Positions 39,175-49,875 of a stretch of 64,000 nucleotides of DNA are shown in pieces. Position 1 is the first letter of the stretch, and each line of letters begins with the position of its first letter. A program made the translations under genes and the position numbers. The notes below the pieces were generated by a model. That model had not been told where the DNA came from, did not search any database, and saw nothing but the letters and a program-made list of their open reading frames with translations. Source of the DNA: Mobula hypostoma (taxonomy: Eukaryota); contig NC_086109.1 of NCBI RefSeq assembly GCF_963921235.1, positions 31,064,001 through 31,128,000 of the forward strand, in the 5' to 3' direction.

Positions 39175-39450
39175 TTTTTATTTAGAGAATCTGCATGTAA
39201 CAGGCCCTTCCAGCCCAAGAGCTGCAGTGCCCAGCGCCCACCTATTTAACACTAGCCTAATCATAGGATCATTTACAATGATTAATTAACTTACCAATTG
39301 GTGGGTCTTTGGACTGTGGAAGGAAATTGGAGCACCCAGAAGAAACCCATATAGCTTACGGGGAGAACGTACAAACTCCCTACAGATGGTGCAAGCTCTG
39401 GAATGCCCCAAGCTGTAATATTGTTGAGTTAACCGCAATGCTTCCATTGT
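39175..39450 (-). mobile_element. HE1-like V-SINE
   Basis: aacaggcccttccagccc...gtctttggactgtggaaggaaattggagcaccc...ggggagaacgtacaaactcc. Confidence 0.8.
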
Positions 39451-42400
39451 GTTTAGAACTTTACACCTGCTAGCATTTGATTTCAACACATTTGCCACTG
39501 ATACGATGTGAGTGAAGCAACATGCCTATCATTCTCTAAATCTTATTTTTTCCTAACAGCATTTTATGTTAATGATTACAATTCAGGCACATTTTCATGT
39601 AAATACAATAACCACCACTACAATTGAAAAATCTGGATGTCATACTGCAGCATATTATTTTTAAGGAGTACTTATGTTATTATAGTCATTATGGTCTAAA
39701 ATTTCTTATTTCCTTTGATGTCCAGGAAAGGAAAAAAAAATTGCTGCTGGTGTTTGTTCAAACAGCTATCTTGTGTATTACACTCTGAAATTTTGGGACC
39801 ACAGAAAAGATGACCTTCAATCTTCCATAATCTCACTTTTTAAGTTAATAGCAAGAAAGAGCCTATTCTTGATTTGATGGCATGGGTTTTCACAGAGTTC
39901 AAAGTGACTGACAAGGACTCCCAAATGCTTGGGCTATAAGCTGATAGCTATTACATTTCAGCAGTTAGGAAGAACATAACTAGAGATTGAAATAGAAAAA
40001 TCAGGGTTGTTATCCAGTATTTTAAGCAATTTAGGCTCAAATACACAGTAGCATTCTATGTATAATTGTTTGGGCTGAGTGTGACTTTGTTTTGCTATAT
40101 CTGATAACATCTTATATTTAAGCTACCTGTTATTTAAGCCATCCTTTAAAACATTTTATACTAGGTATAACAAATGGCTAGATGCCTATTACATTCTAGG
40201 TCTGGAGTCTCACATAATGCCAACCAAATGAAGGTGGCCAGTCTTTTAAATATTATTCTTGGACCTTATCACCAATCCAACACATAATCATATTCTCCTT
40301 CCTGGAAGTGATATAGAAACAATATACAATACTTGTGTAATCTTGTCATTTGGATGAATGCAACAAGTAATTATTTTAGTAACAGTATAATACAATATAG
40401 AGAAGATTCATTGTCGATGGAATACACTAAAAGATAAATTGATAGTTCATTGTGTTTTATAATTCATGAATATAACAGGTATCTATTTCAATCAATGTAT
40501 GTATGTAGACATGCATTGCATTATTTTGATATAGTATTCAATAAAGTGTTTTTTTAATGAAAGTATGATTATTTTTGCCTCTGGGGAACCGCTGTCAATT
40601 AAATATGGATGTGTCAATTTGTAAGATTAACACAAATAAAATAAAAGAGATTACTTGTACCCTTTTAAAAATCGGAATATAATTTAAGTGTATGCTTCAA
40701 ATTGACCCAAGTTAATTATATTACAATATAATGGTTATTTTGCATGCATAATTAAGCATTTTAGAAAATGTGTTAACATTGTTTTCCTTATAATAACAAA
40801 TTGTGTTAAGACAAATATTTATGCATGTATCTGCAGTGTTACTGTATCTCATCTTAGTTTCAGTTAAATAGTTAATCTAACGAGTACTTGCTGATATTAA
40901 ACTGCCATAGTAAAATACCCAGATAATGCAGGTCCATTTTTCAACCTAGTTCACTATGCTTCATTTGCATATTGTTAGAAACTCTGAGTCTGATAATAAA
41001 ATTCTAAACTATCACTGATTAAATTTTATGATGAAAAATTATTCATAATATCCTATATTGCTAGATCCTATTTGAGTTTGATGCCTTAATTAAAGTGCAG
41101 ATCTTTACATGCTGAAGACAAATGTGTCAAGTTCAAAATGTTGGTCAGAAACCCAAGTGAAAATTATTTTTATATTGTAAGGGAAGATTTAAAAAGTTCA
41201 ATGTGACATTTAATAACTTTGGTATAACTTGTGACAAAGTAATAATTATTTTTACTAGGTGTTATGAAAAATGTAATGAATTTCCTATTTATTTAATATA
41301 ATTAATTCAAGTCTTTGTACAATATAGTTAATCATTCATCTTGTAACATATGGATCTTAAAGAATTCAGAGGGAGATCGTGACAAGGGTGATGTTGGCTG
41401 ATTGGAAGGCAGAAACATTAGCAGCTTATGTGGGGGCTAAGAAGAGAAGTTTGGTCAGCTGTTTATGAGAATATGTTTAATGAAAGCAGAAAAGCAGTTT
41501 CCTCAGACAAAATAAAATTAGAAAGAACTTGAGGAGAGTTAAGAAGAAAACTTGAATCCGGTTTAAGTGTTAGGTCATTACTGAAATAATCCCAGAACTC
41601 TTGGGTTGCCTTGGTTATCTTTATCCTCCTTGGAACGTCAATGCTGCTGCAGTGTGAAACTGAATCAAAGTGTACAAACCAATATCAAAACTAATGAAGT
41701 TGCAATCTTTTGGACACAAATATAGTATTTCATGGTTTTCACAATTGGTTGATCTATTTTTTTGCACACTGGCGTTTTATAACATCACTTGCCAGGCCCA
41801 TTCAATCCCAGAAAATTATATTGTATTGAGCAGATGCTTTTTAGAAACTTGCAATTATTACCTTAGCAGAAAATTGGGCAAGATGGTGAAAATAATCATA
41901 ATCATTGTAGTGTACGGTGTTGGGTGCGACAGAAAAATGAAATAGTCCCCAAGCTGATTTGTCATTTGTCTTGTTTGATTTGCTTTTTGATAAGCATGGA
42001 TTGAACAAAAAAAAACACAAAGTCTGAAGTTTGTTTGTATGCAGACAGAATGTTATTCCATCAGGGATTTTTGCAGGAAAAATTAATTTGGAAAATCATT
42101 TGCCTTTACCATATTCAGTGGACTATTGTGTCTTTAAAGTGTGGGTGGATTAGAGTGTAGCCTTGTGCAATCTAAAGTTTATTTCCACTGCTGGGCAATT
42201 GCAGCTGAAACAGCTTTGGTTGTTACATGACATGAATAAGGCTATTTAATATGTCAAATAATATTCAGTTTAATTAGTATTCAATATCCAATATAGATTT
42301 TGAAACAAATTGGACAACAAAGAACAATTTTAAATAACATTTTTAATATATGTGGTGGTTATCATGTTTATTGCTATAATTCTCCTTTTTCCCAGTAATC

Positions 42401-44686
42401 TTTAATAACCACTGGTACCAGAAAAATGCCTTCCAAGATCATTGCCTCATTTATCAACCTTGTGCATAGAGTAGACAGGCTAAAATGCCACAGAACCAGC
42501 AGTGAATATTTGTTTGTATTATAAACTGAAAAAATATTTGGGGTGCTAAATTTTTCAACCAAAAGAAAAAAAAAGTGTTTTGCTATCAGACGAGATCATT
42601 CAGTCAACACTAAAAATTGTGGTCAAATGCAAATTTATAGAGAAGCTAAAATAAAACTGTATGTACTTAGTAACAGAGTACTTTACCTCAGTACCCAAAA
42701 GTGAAGGCACTTGTTTCCTTTCATAAATACTGTTTGACCTATTAAGTTTCTCTTACATTTTGTGTTTGTTGCTCAAGATTTTTAGCACCTGCCATATCTC
42801 TTGTATCAGCCAAAAACACTTTACAGAATCAAAATAAGAACATTATGTAATACTCACCTTCAGAAACCATTGACTGGATATTGTACATGCAGTATATAAG
42901 TTTGGAATTTAACTGCTTCCATATTTGGCAGTAACTATATTCGAACACATTTATAATGATTACTCACATCCTTCTCAATTTGTCTCCAATGGCAACTAGC
43001 TTGTTTGAGCAATGTACCAAGATGCCTGTGTGATGGAAGGTTCTATACTAAATAAGCAGGTTGTGTTTAATAGCATCATCAGGACATAATCATAGTCATT
43101 GACATGTAGTAAGGGATGAGTACATGGTCATCATCCCCCTTCAGATGAGGATTTAGATTTTGGGCCACAAAAGGCATAGCAGCTAAGATAAAAATATATA
43201 TATCTCAGTTTTTCCTGTGGTTTGGGGTTGTGTGGTGGGATACAGAGAGAATTTGGAGAAAATTTCTAAACCCGACAGAAAATATGAGCCTCACATAAAT
43301 TGTCTTTCCCTGAATTACTAATGGCAAGATCCATGTGACAAGAAACCTCACTGTTCACACTCATTCACTGAAATCCTAATAGTGTTCTTTTCACAGCGAT
43401 TTCCCCTCCACCCCACCAACCACCCCTTGATAATGGGCTTGAGCCTTGATCCAGGAACCTTATTTTCCTGATTTGCACTTCTTGCTACATTCTTACATTT
43501 CACATTGCTCATCTTCTAGGTGTTGAGCAAGAATTTACATTGTGTTCATTAAGTGATACCCTTCCATTTAAATTCATAAGACATCCATGTCCTCCCTCCA
43601 TTAGACTCTACATCTTATATATCAGAAACTTTAACTTTCACTAGTTTTTCTGCCTTATATCCAGAATATACTCTAATTTTTCAAAATGGATATGGCAACA
43701 AGGTTGAAATAAAGATATTGCATGCAGGAAGTTTCACCCGTCTTAATTGAATAGAGATTTTTAAAAACATTTCCAGGGATGGATTGCTAGATACAGAATG
43801 ATACCTCTATTTCTTTAGCCATGGGATTAGAGTCTCAGTTAAGTGTTTATTGTGAATGTAGACAATGGAAGAGAGGATACATAGAATCCTGTCTCATTCA
43901 TTGTGTCATACAATAAGATCATGGTTCATCTTTTACTCATGATAATTCTATAAATAATGCTATAGACCTGATTGTCTTAATAATCTATAAACCCTGTCTT
44001 GGATATACTTAGCAACTGTGCCCTCTTGGGGAAGAAATTCCCAACATTTAGTACCTTCTACGTGAAGAAACTTCTATTAATCTTTATCCTAAATAGCCAG
44101 CCTTTTGTTTTCAGACTGGTATCTCTGCCTTTAGACACAGCAGCAAGGGGAAAGATCAGTTACGCATACACCCTACCAACCCCTGTACAGTTTCTTATAT
44201 TTTAGTGAGATCATTCTCATTTTTCTAAACTCAAGAAATCTGACCCATTCTGCTTAATCACCCCTTAATCCTGCAGTCCCAGAAATTGGTCTGACAAACG
44301 ATCTCTGCTTCTGATACATACGTAATGTATTATATAAGGTAACCAGGTTTACACACAATATTCTTAATGAGGTCTCAACTAAACACGTTAATTGAAGGAA
44401 GACACCTCAAACCCGCTTTCATTTAAGGTTCACATATCACCTACATTCCAAACCTCATGTTGTACCTACAGATTAATTTATAGTGATTCCTGTACAGGAA
44501 CACGCAGATCCTGCTGAACACTAATGCCTTTTAATCACTTAACCATTTTAAAAAAATTCTACTTTTCTAGATTTTGTTATTAAAGTGCATTTCTGCTATG
44601 TCAAAGCCTATTCCATTCACCCTTCTATATCTCTCTAAAGCCTCTCTACATCCTCCTCACAACCTGCAGTTCCATGTAATGTATTA

Positions 44687-45515
44687 CAGGTGCACATTCC
44701 TTTATCCAAAATCCTGAAATCCAAAAAGCTCCGAAAACCGAAGGTTTTTTTCGCCAACAGCTGATGTCATTCAGGTGTGACGTGGAAGCACTAGCAGAGG
44801 CTACCAGACGTAAGTTGTGGCTCAGCGATCGTACTGGTTACACCTGCATTTGCAGTTCGCTTATATTTTGTGTTCACTGTTGACCTTGTGTTTAATTTCA
44901 CTGTGGAAGTGCCAAAAAGAGCTGCAGATACCCCTGTGGGTAACAATGAGTAAAAGAGAAGGAAGCATCTATCATTATCAGTAACGCAGAAAGCAGAGTT
45001 ATTGCAGAAGCTTGATCGTAGTGTGTCTATGTGGCGTCTTACTGAAGAAAGTAGTGTCAGAACTACCACAGTATATGATTTAAAAAAACAGAAAGACAAG
45101 TTTCTGAAGTTTTGTAGTGACAGTGGCGTTCTACATTTATTCAAATAAGTCATTTACCATGTGTTTGATTTGGTTCGTTTGAAGCTGTATATTTTTATGT
45201 TTTATAGAATGTTTTTGTTGGAAATAATTTTTTTCTTGTCATTATTCTCTAAGCAATACAGTATAACAACTATTTACAGAGCATTTACATTGTATTAGGT
45301 ATTATAAGTAACCTAGAGATGATTTAAAGTATACGGGAGGATGTGTGTAGGTTTGGTGTGCCACCGGATCCACTGCACTGAGACAGGTTAATAACGGACT
45401 TGAGTGTGTGTGTTTTTTGGTATTCATGGGGGGGGGGGGAGTCTGAAATCCGAAAAATTCTGAATTCCGAAATGCAACTGGCCCCAAGGATTTTGGATAA
45501 GGGATTACGGACCTG
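44687..45515 (+). mobile_element. Non-autonomous Tigger/pogo DNA transposon (Tigger4/Zombi-type ends)
   Basis: TA on both sides (44685-44686 and 45516-45517). Imperfect TIRs CAGGTGCACATTCCTTTATCCAAAATCC and GGATTTTGGATAAGGGATTACGGACCTG. Subterminal (aaatccg)-like repeats and an internal transposase remnant. Confidence 0.9.
44909..45127 (+). pseudogene. Tigger transposase N-terminal HTH remnant
   Basis: Reads VPKRAADTPVGNNE*KRRKHLSLSVTQKAELLQKLDRSVSMWRLTEESSVRTTTVYDLKKQKDKFLKF, a CENP-B/pipsqueak-type HTH of Tigger/JRK-like proteins, with one stop and the rest deleted. Confidence 0.85.
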
Positions 45516-45869
45516 TAGTAGCAAATTTACAGTAGTTGTATTACACTTAATCCTTTGATCCCAATTTTTACTAATTATTGTGAAAAGCAAGGGACTCAGC
45601 AATGAGCTCTGCATTACAGCACTGTAGAACAGCCTCCCAAATTGAAAATAAGCCTTTTGATTCTTTCTTGTTTCTTAAACAATCCCCAATTCATACCTGC
45701 GTATTAACCCTATGAGCTGTAATTGTGTTTACTACTTTCATGTACAGTGCTTTGTTGAAGATCTTCTGGAAGATTTGTCTTCCCTTACCTATTCTGCCAA
45801 CTGTAGCTACAAAAGAATTCTTATTAGATTTGTCAGACATAATTTTCCTTTTGTAAATTGATGGAAGTG

Positions 45870-46750
45870 TAGGTTAGTCAGTTTGCAGATGGCATGAAAG
45901 TCGGTGAAGTTGTGGATAGTGTGGAAGGTTGTTACAGGTTGCACAAAGATATTGATAAGGTGCAGAGCTGGGCTGAGAAATGTCAGCCGGAGGTCAAACC
46001 GGAAAAGCATGAATTGGTTAATTTTGGAAGGTTGAATTTGAAGGCAGAAAACAGGGTTCACGGCAAGATTCCTGCCAGAGTAAGTGAATAGAAGGATCTT
46101 GGAATCCACATCCATAGATTTCTCAAATTTGCCTCACAAGTTGTTAGGGAAAAAGGCCTACAGTGAGTGGACTTTATCAGTTGGGGGATTGCATTCAAGA
46201 GCCATGAGGTAATGTTCTATAAAACTCTGGTTAGACCACACTTAGAATATTGGGTTGAATTCTGGTTGCCTCATTATAGACATTAAAGACATGGAAGCTT
46301 AAGAAAGGGTGCAGAGGAGACTTACCAGGATACTGCTTGGACTAGAGGGCATATCTTATGAAGATAAGTTGAGTGAGCGAGGGCTTTTCTCTTTAGAACT
46401 AAAGAGGATGAGGAGTGACTTGATAGAAATGTGCAAGATGATGAGAGGCATAAATTGAGTAGACAGCCAGGACAGAAATGGCTAAGATCAGGGGCATAAT
46501 TTTAAGGTGATTGGAAGAAAGTATAGGGGCATGTCAGATGTATAGCAAGTTCTTTACACAGAATGTGGTGAGTGTGTGTGGGGGTGGTGATAGAGGCAGA
46601 TACATTACAAACATTTACAAAACTCTTAAATAGGCACAAGGATGATATAAAAAATGTAGGAAGCAAGGGTTAGATTGAACTGAGAATGGGTTGAAATGTT
46701 GCCACAAAATTGTGGGCTGAATGGCTTGGACTGTGCTGTAATGTTCTGTT
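45870..46750 (+). mobile_element. 5'-truncated CR1 (RT C-terminus to 3' tail)
   Basis: [44 protein letters not shown] and tail gggctgaatggc..tgtgctgtaatgttct. Confidence 0.85.
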
Positions 46751-46892
46751 TTTTGTTTATCTTTCTCGATGCCATATTCAAATTTTTCTTTGCATATCAA
46801 TGTCTTTGCAGAATCCTGTTTCTCCTCCCCCCCCCCACCGCCCCCCTATCTCTCCCTTGATCTTTGCAATGTGTCTTCAGATTCAGAAATAA

Positions 46893-46970
46893 GAAACAGT
46901 CAACATTTCAGGTTCTGATGAAGGGTCGGGGATCTGAAATCTTGACTTCCATGGATGCTGCCTAACTTAA
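46893..46970 (+). mobile_element. Penelope-like inverted pLTR junction with a hammerhead-like core
   Basis: Reverse cagtcaacatttcagg fused to forward CTGATGAAGGGTCGGGGATCTGAAA...gatgctgcct. Confidence 0.7.
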
Positions 46971-47119
46971 TGATTTTTTTCTAGCATTTTCTATGTTTGT
47001 TTCAGATATACAGCAATTGCAGGTTTTTATTTTCATTTTGATACCCCAGGCTCTTTCCAAGGTGGCCATTTTATGGTCACATGTTTTTTTTTTGCTACTA
47101 GTGGTTGGATCGCAGTGCA

Positions 47120-47290
47120 TTACCATCTCCCTTGATCTCCCCCTCCCCCTCCCACTTTCAAATCTCCTATTATCTCTTCTTTCAGTTAGTCCTGACAAAG
47201 GGTCTTGGCCTGAAACGTTGACTGTACCTCTTCCTATAGATGCTGCCTGGCCTGCTGCGTTCACCAGCATTTTTTTGTGTGTGTGGCTCC
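47120..47290 (+). mobile_element. Penelope-like pLTR with a hammerhead-like motif
   Basis: CT-rich tract, then tagtcCTGACAAagggtcttggcctGAAAcgttgactg...gatgctgcctggcctgctgcgttcaccagca. Confidence 0.8.
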
Positions 47291-47740
47291 CACTTAGGAA
47301 ATACACTTCATTTAGAACAAACAAATGAGATCCAATTATGCTTGCTCTACCAATGACATTGCTCTCCTCAAGCTCCAGTGGTACCAACTCAGTCTATCTG
47401 CGCTGAATTTAAGATCTTGTAAAATATGTTCAAGGCAGGTACACAAACTCATTCTTGTCTAATGTATTGCTATGCTAGATTAAAAATAACATCACAGATA
47501 TAGAGATATATAGGAATACTAGACAATGGGGTGACCCATTGGGACACCCTTTGAGAGAAGGGTAGTGCAGTCTTATGTGACCAGAATGAACAATAAATTT
47601 TCCTGAATTCTATTGGTATCGCTTTGCTTTGGAAACTGAAGTAGAAAATCTCAGTTTATTAAAGAAGAATGACGCGTAGCAAAGCAAATATAACTGCTCC
47701 TCATTTAATGAAGGACACTTTTGATGGCATCGTTTCTGGT

Positions 47741-48032
47741 TTATCTGCCACTCTTGTGCCTCTCGTTGTCATTCTGGAGACGTGCAGCCCTTTCATCCCC
47801 CGTCTCTTCAACTCTTGTGCTGTTTGTTCTTTGTCTCTGATCGTGGAGATGTGCATGCCTCTCCTCCTCTGTCTCCTCTTCTCTCATCGTTTTTTGTCCT
47901 GACTCTTTGATCCTGGAGTCGTGCGGCCCTGGCCTCATCCAATTCTTGTTCTGTCCCTCTCCTTGCTGCTTCCCGACGATGTTTGGAGTCATCTCTTGAC
48001 CATAATGTTCCCCTTCCCTTTCCATGTGGCAT
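47741..48032 (-). pseudogene. Remnant of Helitron RepHel N-terminal charged repeats
   Basis: Frameshifted ORFs give ELDEARAARLQDQRVRT, EETEEERHAHLHDQRQRT and EETGDERAARLQNDNERH, resembling the ET.E.R.ARL repeats at Helitron RepHel N-termini. Confidence 0.65.
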
Positions 48033-48348
48033 AATTAGGCTGACCATTTTGTTTTACCCTAATGCTGGATAGAAGATATGAAGCAGTAACACCAAAGGAT
48101 GCTGATTATTCTTGATGATGTGGTTGGCACTCTCCTAAATGGACGTGATATAGTCACCGCTGTCCTTTGACTGCAGCAAAGGATTTTATGGGTATCTCGA
48201 AGTACGTCATTACAATAAGATTTAATTATCTCTTATTGATGGGTGGCAGTTAGATCTGTCCCAATCCTGCACATGCTGATGGTAATTAGAAGAATGTGAC
48301 CTCTCGAAATAAAGTTGCTCTGGTAGGTGCCGCTGCTGAGGCTGGCCG

Positions 48349-48398
48349 TGCGCATGCGTCGGGCTATCGCGTCCCGCTTTCCACAATGGCCAATCGCG
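48349..48398. promoter_or_regulatory. NRF1-like and CCAAT motifs in a CpG-rich patch inside the Helitron
   Basis: TGCGCATGCG at 48349-48358 and GGCCAATCG at 48388-48396, upstream of the minus-strand ORF remnant. Motif match only. Confidence 0.35.
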
Positions 48399-49368
48399 TC
48401 TCAGGTGAATGCCAGCCTGTTGATTTTTGGCGAATGGGTAATTTTATACCAATATGTAACCCTGGACTTTGCCTGCATTCTGTAAGTTAGCGCATTTTAA
48501 TTTGGTTTAGCCAAAAAAAGTGCCGCAGTAATGCACCGTTTGCGCTAATTGGAGGTCACAAACAGACAGACAGAGCATGAGAGTTTTAGTAGTATGTAGA
48601 TTAATACATTTTTTTCACAATGATTAAATACATGCAGATTGAGATCAATGGTATTAAAAATAAGTTTCCCCACGTTTTTACTTTCTTTAAATAACATATT
48701 ATACACGAAATACTGCATCATGTTTCTATTGCTATGTTTCTGAACTGTTCAAGGATAGCTTTATTAAATTTCCTTGAACTAAGGTAGCATATTACAGCTT
48801 ACAGAATTGCCTGCCATGTCATCCATTCAGAACTTGCATTGTCTGTTTTATGCCTGTGACTCTTGTAGTAAAGAATGAATTATAAAATAAGTAGTTAGAA
48901 TGAAAATGTAAATTTGAAAACTGTAATGGAAGTAATCATCTTTTTCAGAATTTGGTAGAATCAGATAAAATCTCAGAGAATCTATAGATTACAATGGTTT
49001 TGCAATTTAATAACCTGATGAATAAAATTGAATTTTACAATGTATCTATTTATTACTCACTGGCAATATTTCATAGTTGTTGACTTGTTAACTGCCTATT
49101 TCTTCAGTATGTTCTGTGCAAGATGTCAGTAGACGATAGACAATAGGTGCAGGAGTAGGCCATTCAGCCCTTCGAGGCAGCACCGTCATTCACTGTGATC
49201 ATGGCTGATAATCCACAATCAGTACCCTGTTCCTGCCTTCACCCCATAACCCTTGACTCCAATATCTTTAAGAGCTCTATCTAACTCATTCTTGAAAGAA
49301 TCCAGAGAATTGGCCTCCACTGCCTTCTGAGGCAGAGCATTCCACAGATCCACAATCCTCTGTGTGAA

Positions 49369-49421
49369 AAAGTTTTTCCTCAACTCTGTTCTAAATGAGA
49401 ACAGAGTTGAGGAAAAACTTT
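49369..49421. repeat. Perfect 24-bp inverted repeat with 5-nt spacer
   Basis: aaagtttttcctcaactctgttct-aaatg-agaacagagttgaggaaaaacttt. Confidence 0.95.
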
Positions 49422-49875
49422 ATTCTTAAACTGTGGCCTCTGGTTCTGGACTCCCCCAACATCGAGAATATGTTTCCTGCCTCTAGCGTGTCCAATCCCT
49501 TAATTATCTTAGATGCTTCAATTTGATCCCCTCTCATCCTTCTAAATTCCAGTGTGTACAAGCCTAGTCATTCCAATCTTTCAAGATATGACATTCCCAC
49601 CCTCCCTGGAATTAACCCAGTGAACCTACACTACACTCCCTCCATAGCAAGAATGTCCTTCCTCAAATTTGGAGACAAAAACTGCACACAATATTCCAGG
49701 TGGGGTCTCACCAGGGCCTTGTACTACTGCAGAAAGACCTCTTTGCTCCCATTCTCAACTCTCCTTGTTATGAAGGCCAACATGCCGTTAGCTTTCTTCA
49801 CTGCCTGTTGTACCTGTATGCTTACTTTCGACACTGATGAACAAGGACACCCAGATCTCATTTTACTTCCCCTTT

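Larger units (their letters stand above)
43865..45860 (-). mobile_element. Old CR1 fragment split by a Tigger insertion
   Basis: Reversed CR1 3' and RT sequence (gaaattcccaacatt...gtgaagaaacttc, cacacaatattc, attgtgaaaagcaagggactcagc, tttgtcagacataattttcc) on both sides of 44687-45515. Confidence 0.6.
47519..48600 (-). mobile_element. Complete non-autonomous Helitron
   Basis: The minus strand begins a|TCTACATACTACTAAAAC and ends with hairpin GGGTGTCCC-AAT-GGGTCACCC, 6 nt, then CTAG|t. It sits in an AT dinucleotide with no TSD and carries RepHel N-terminal-like repeats. Confidence 0.88.
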
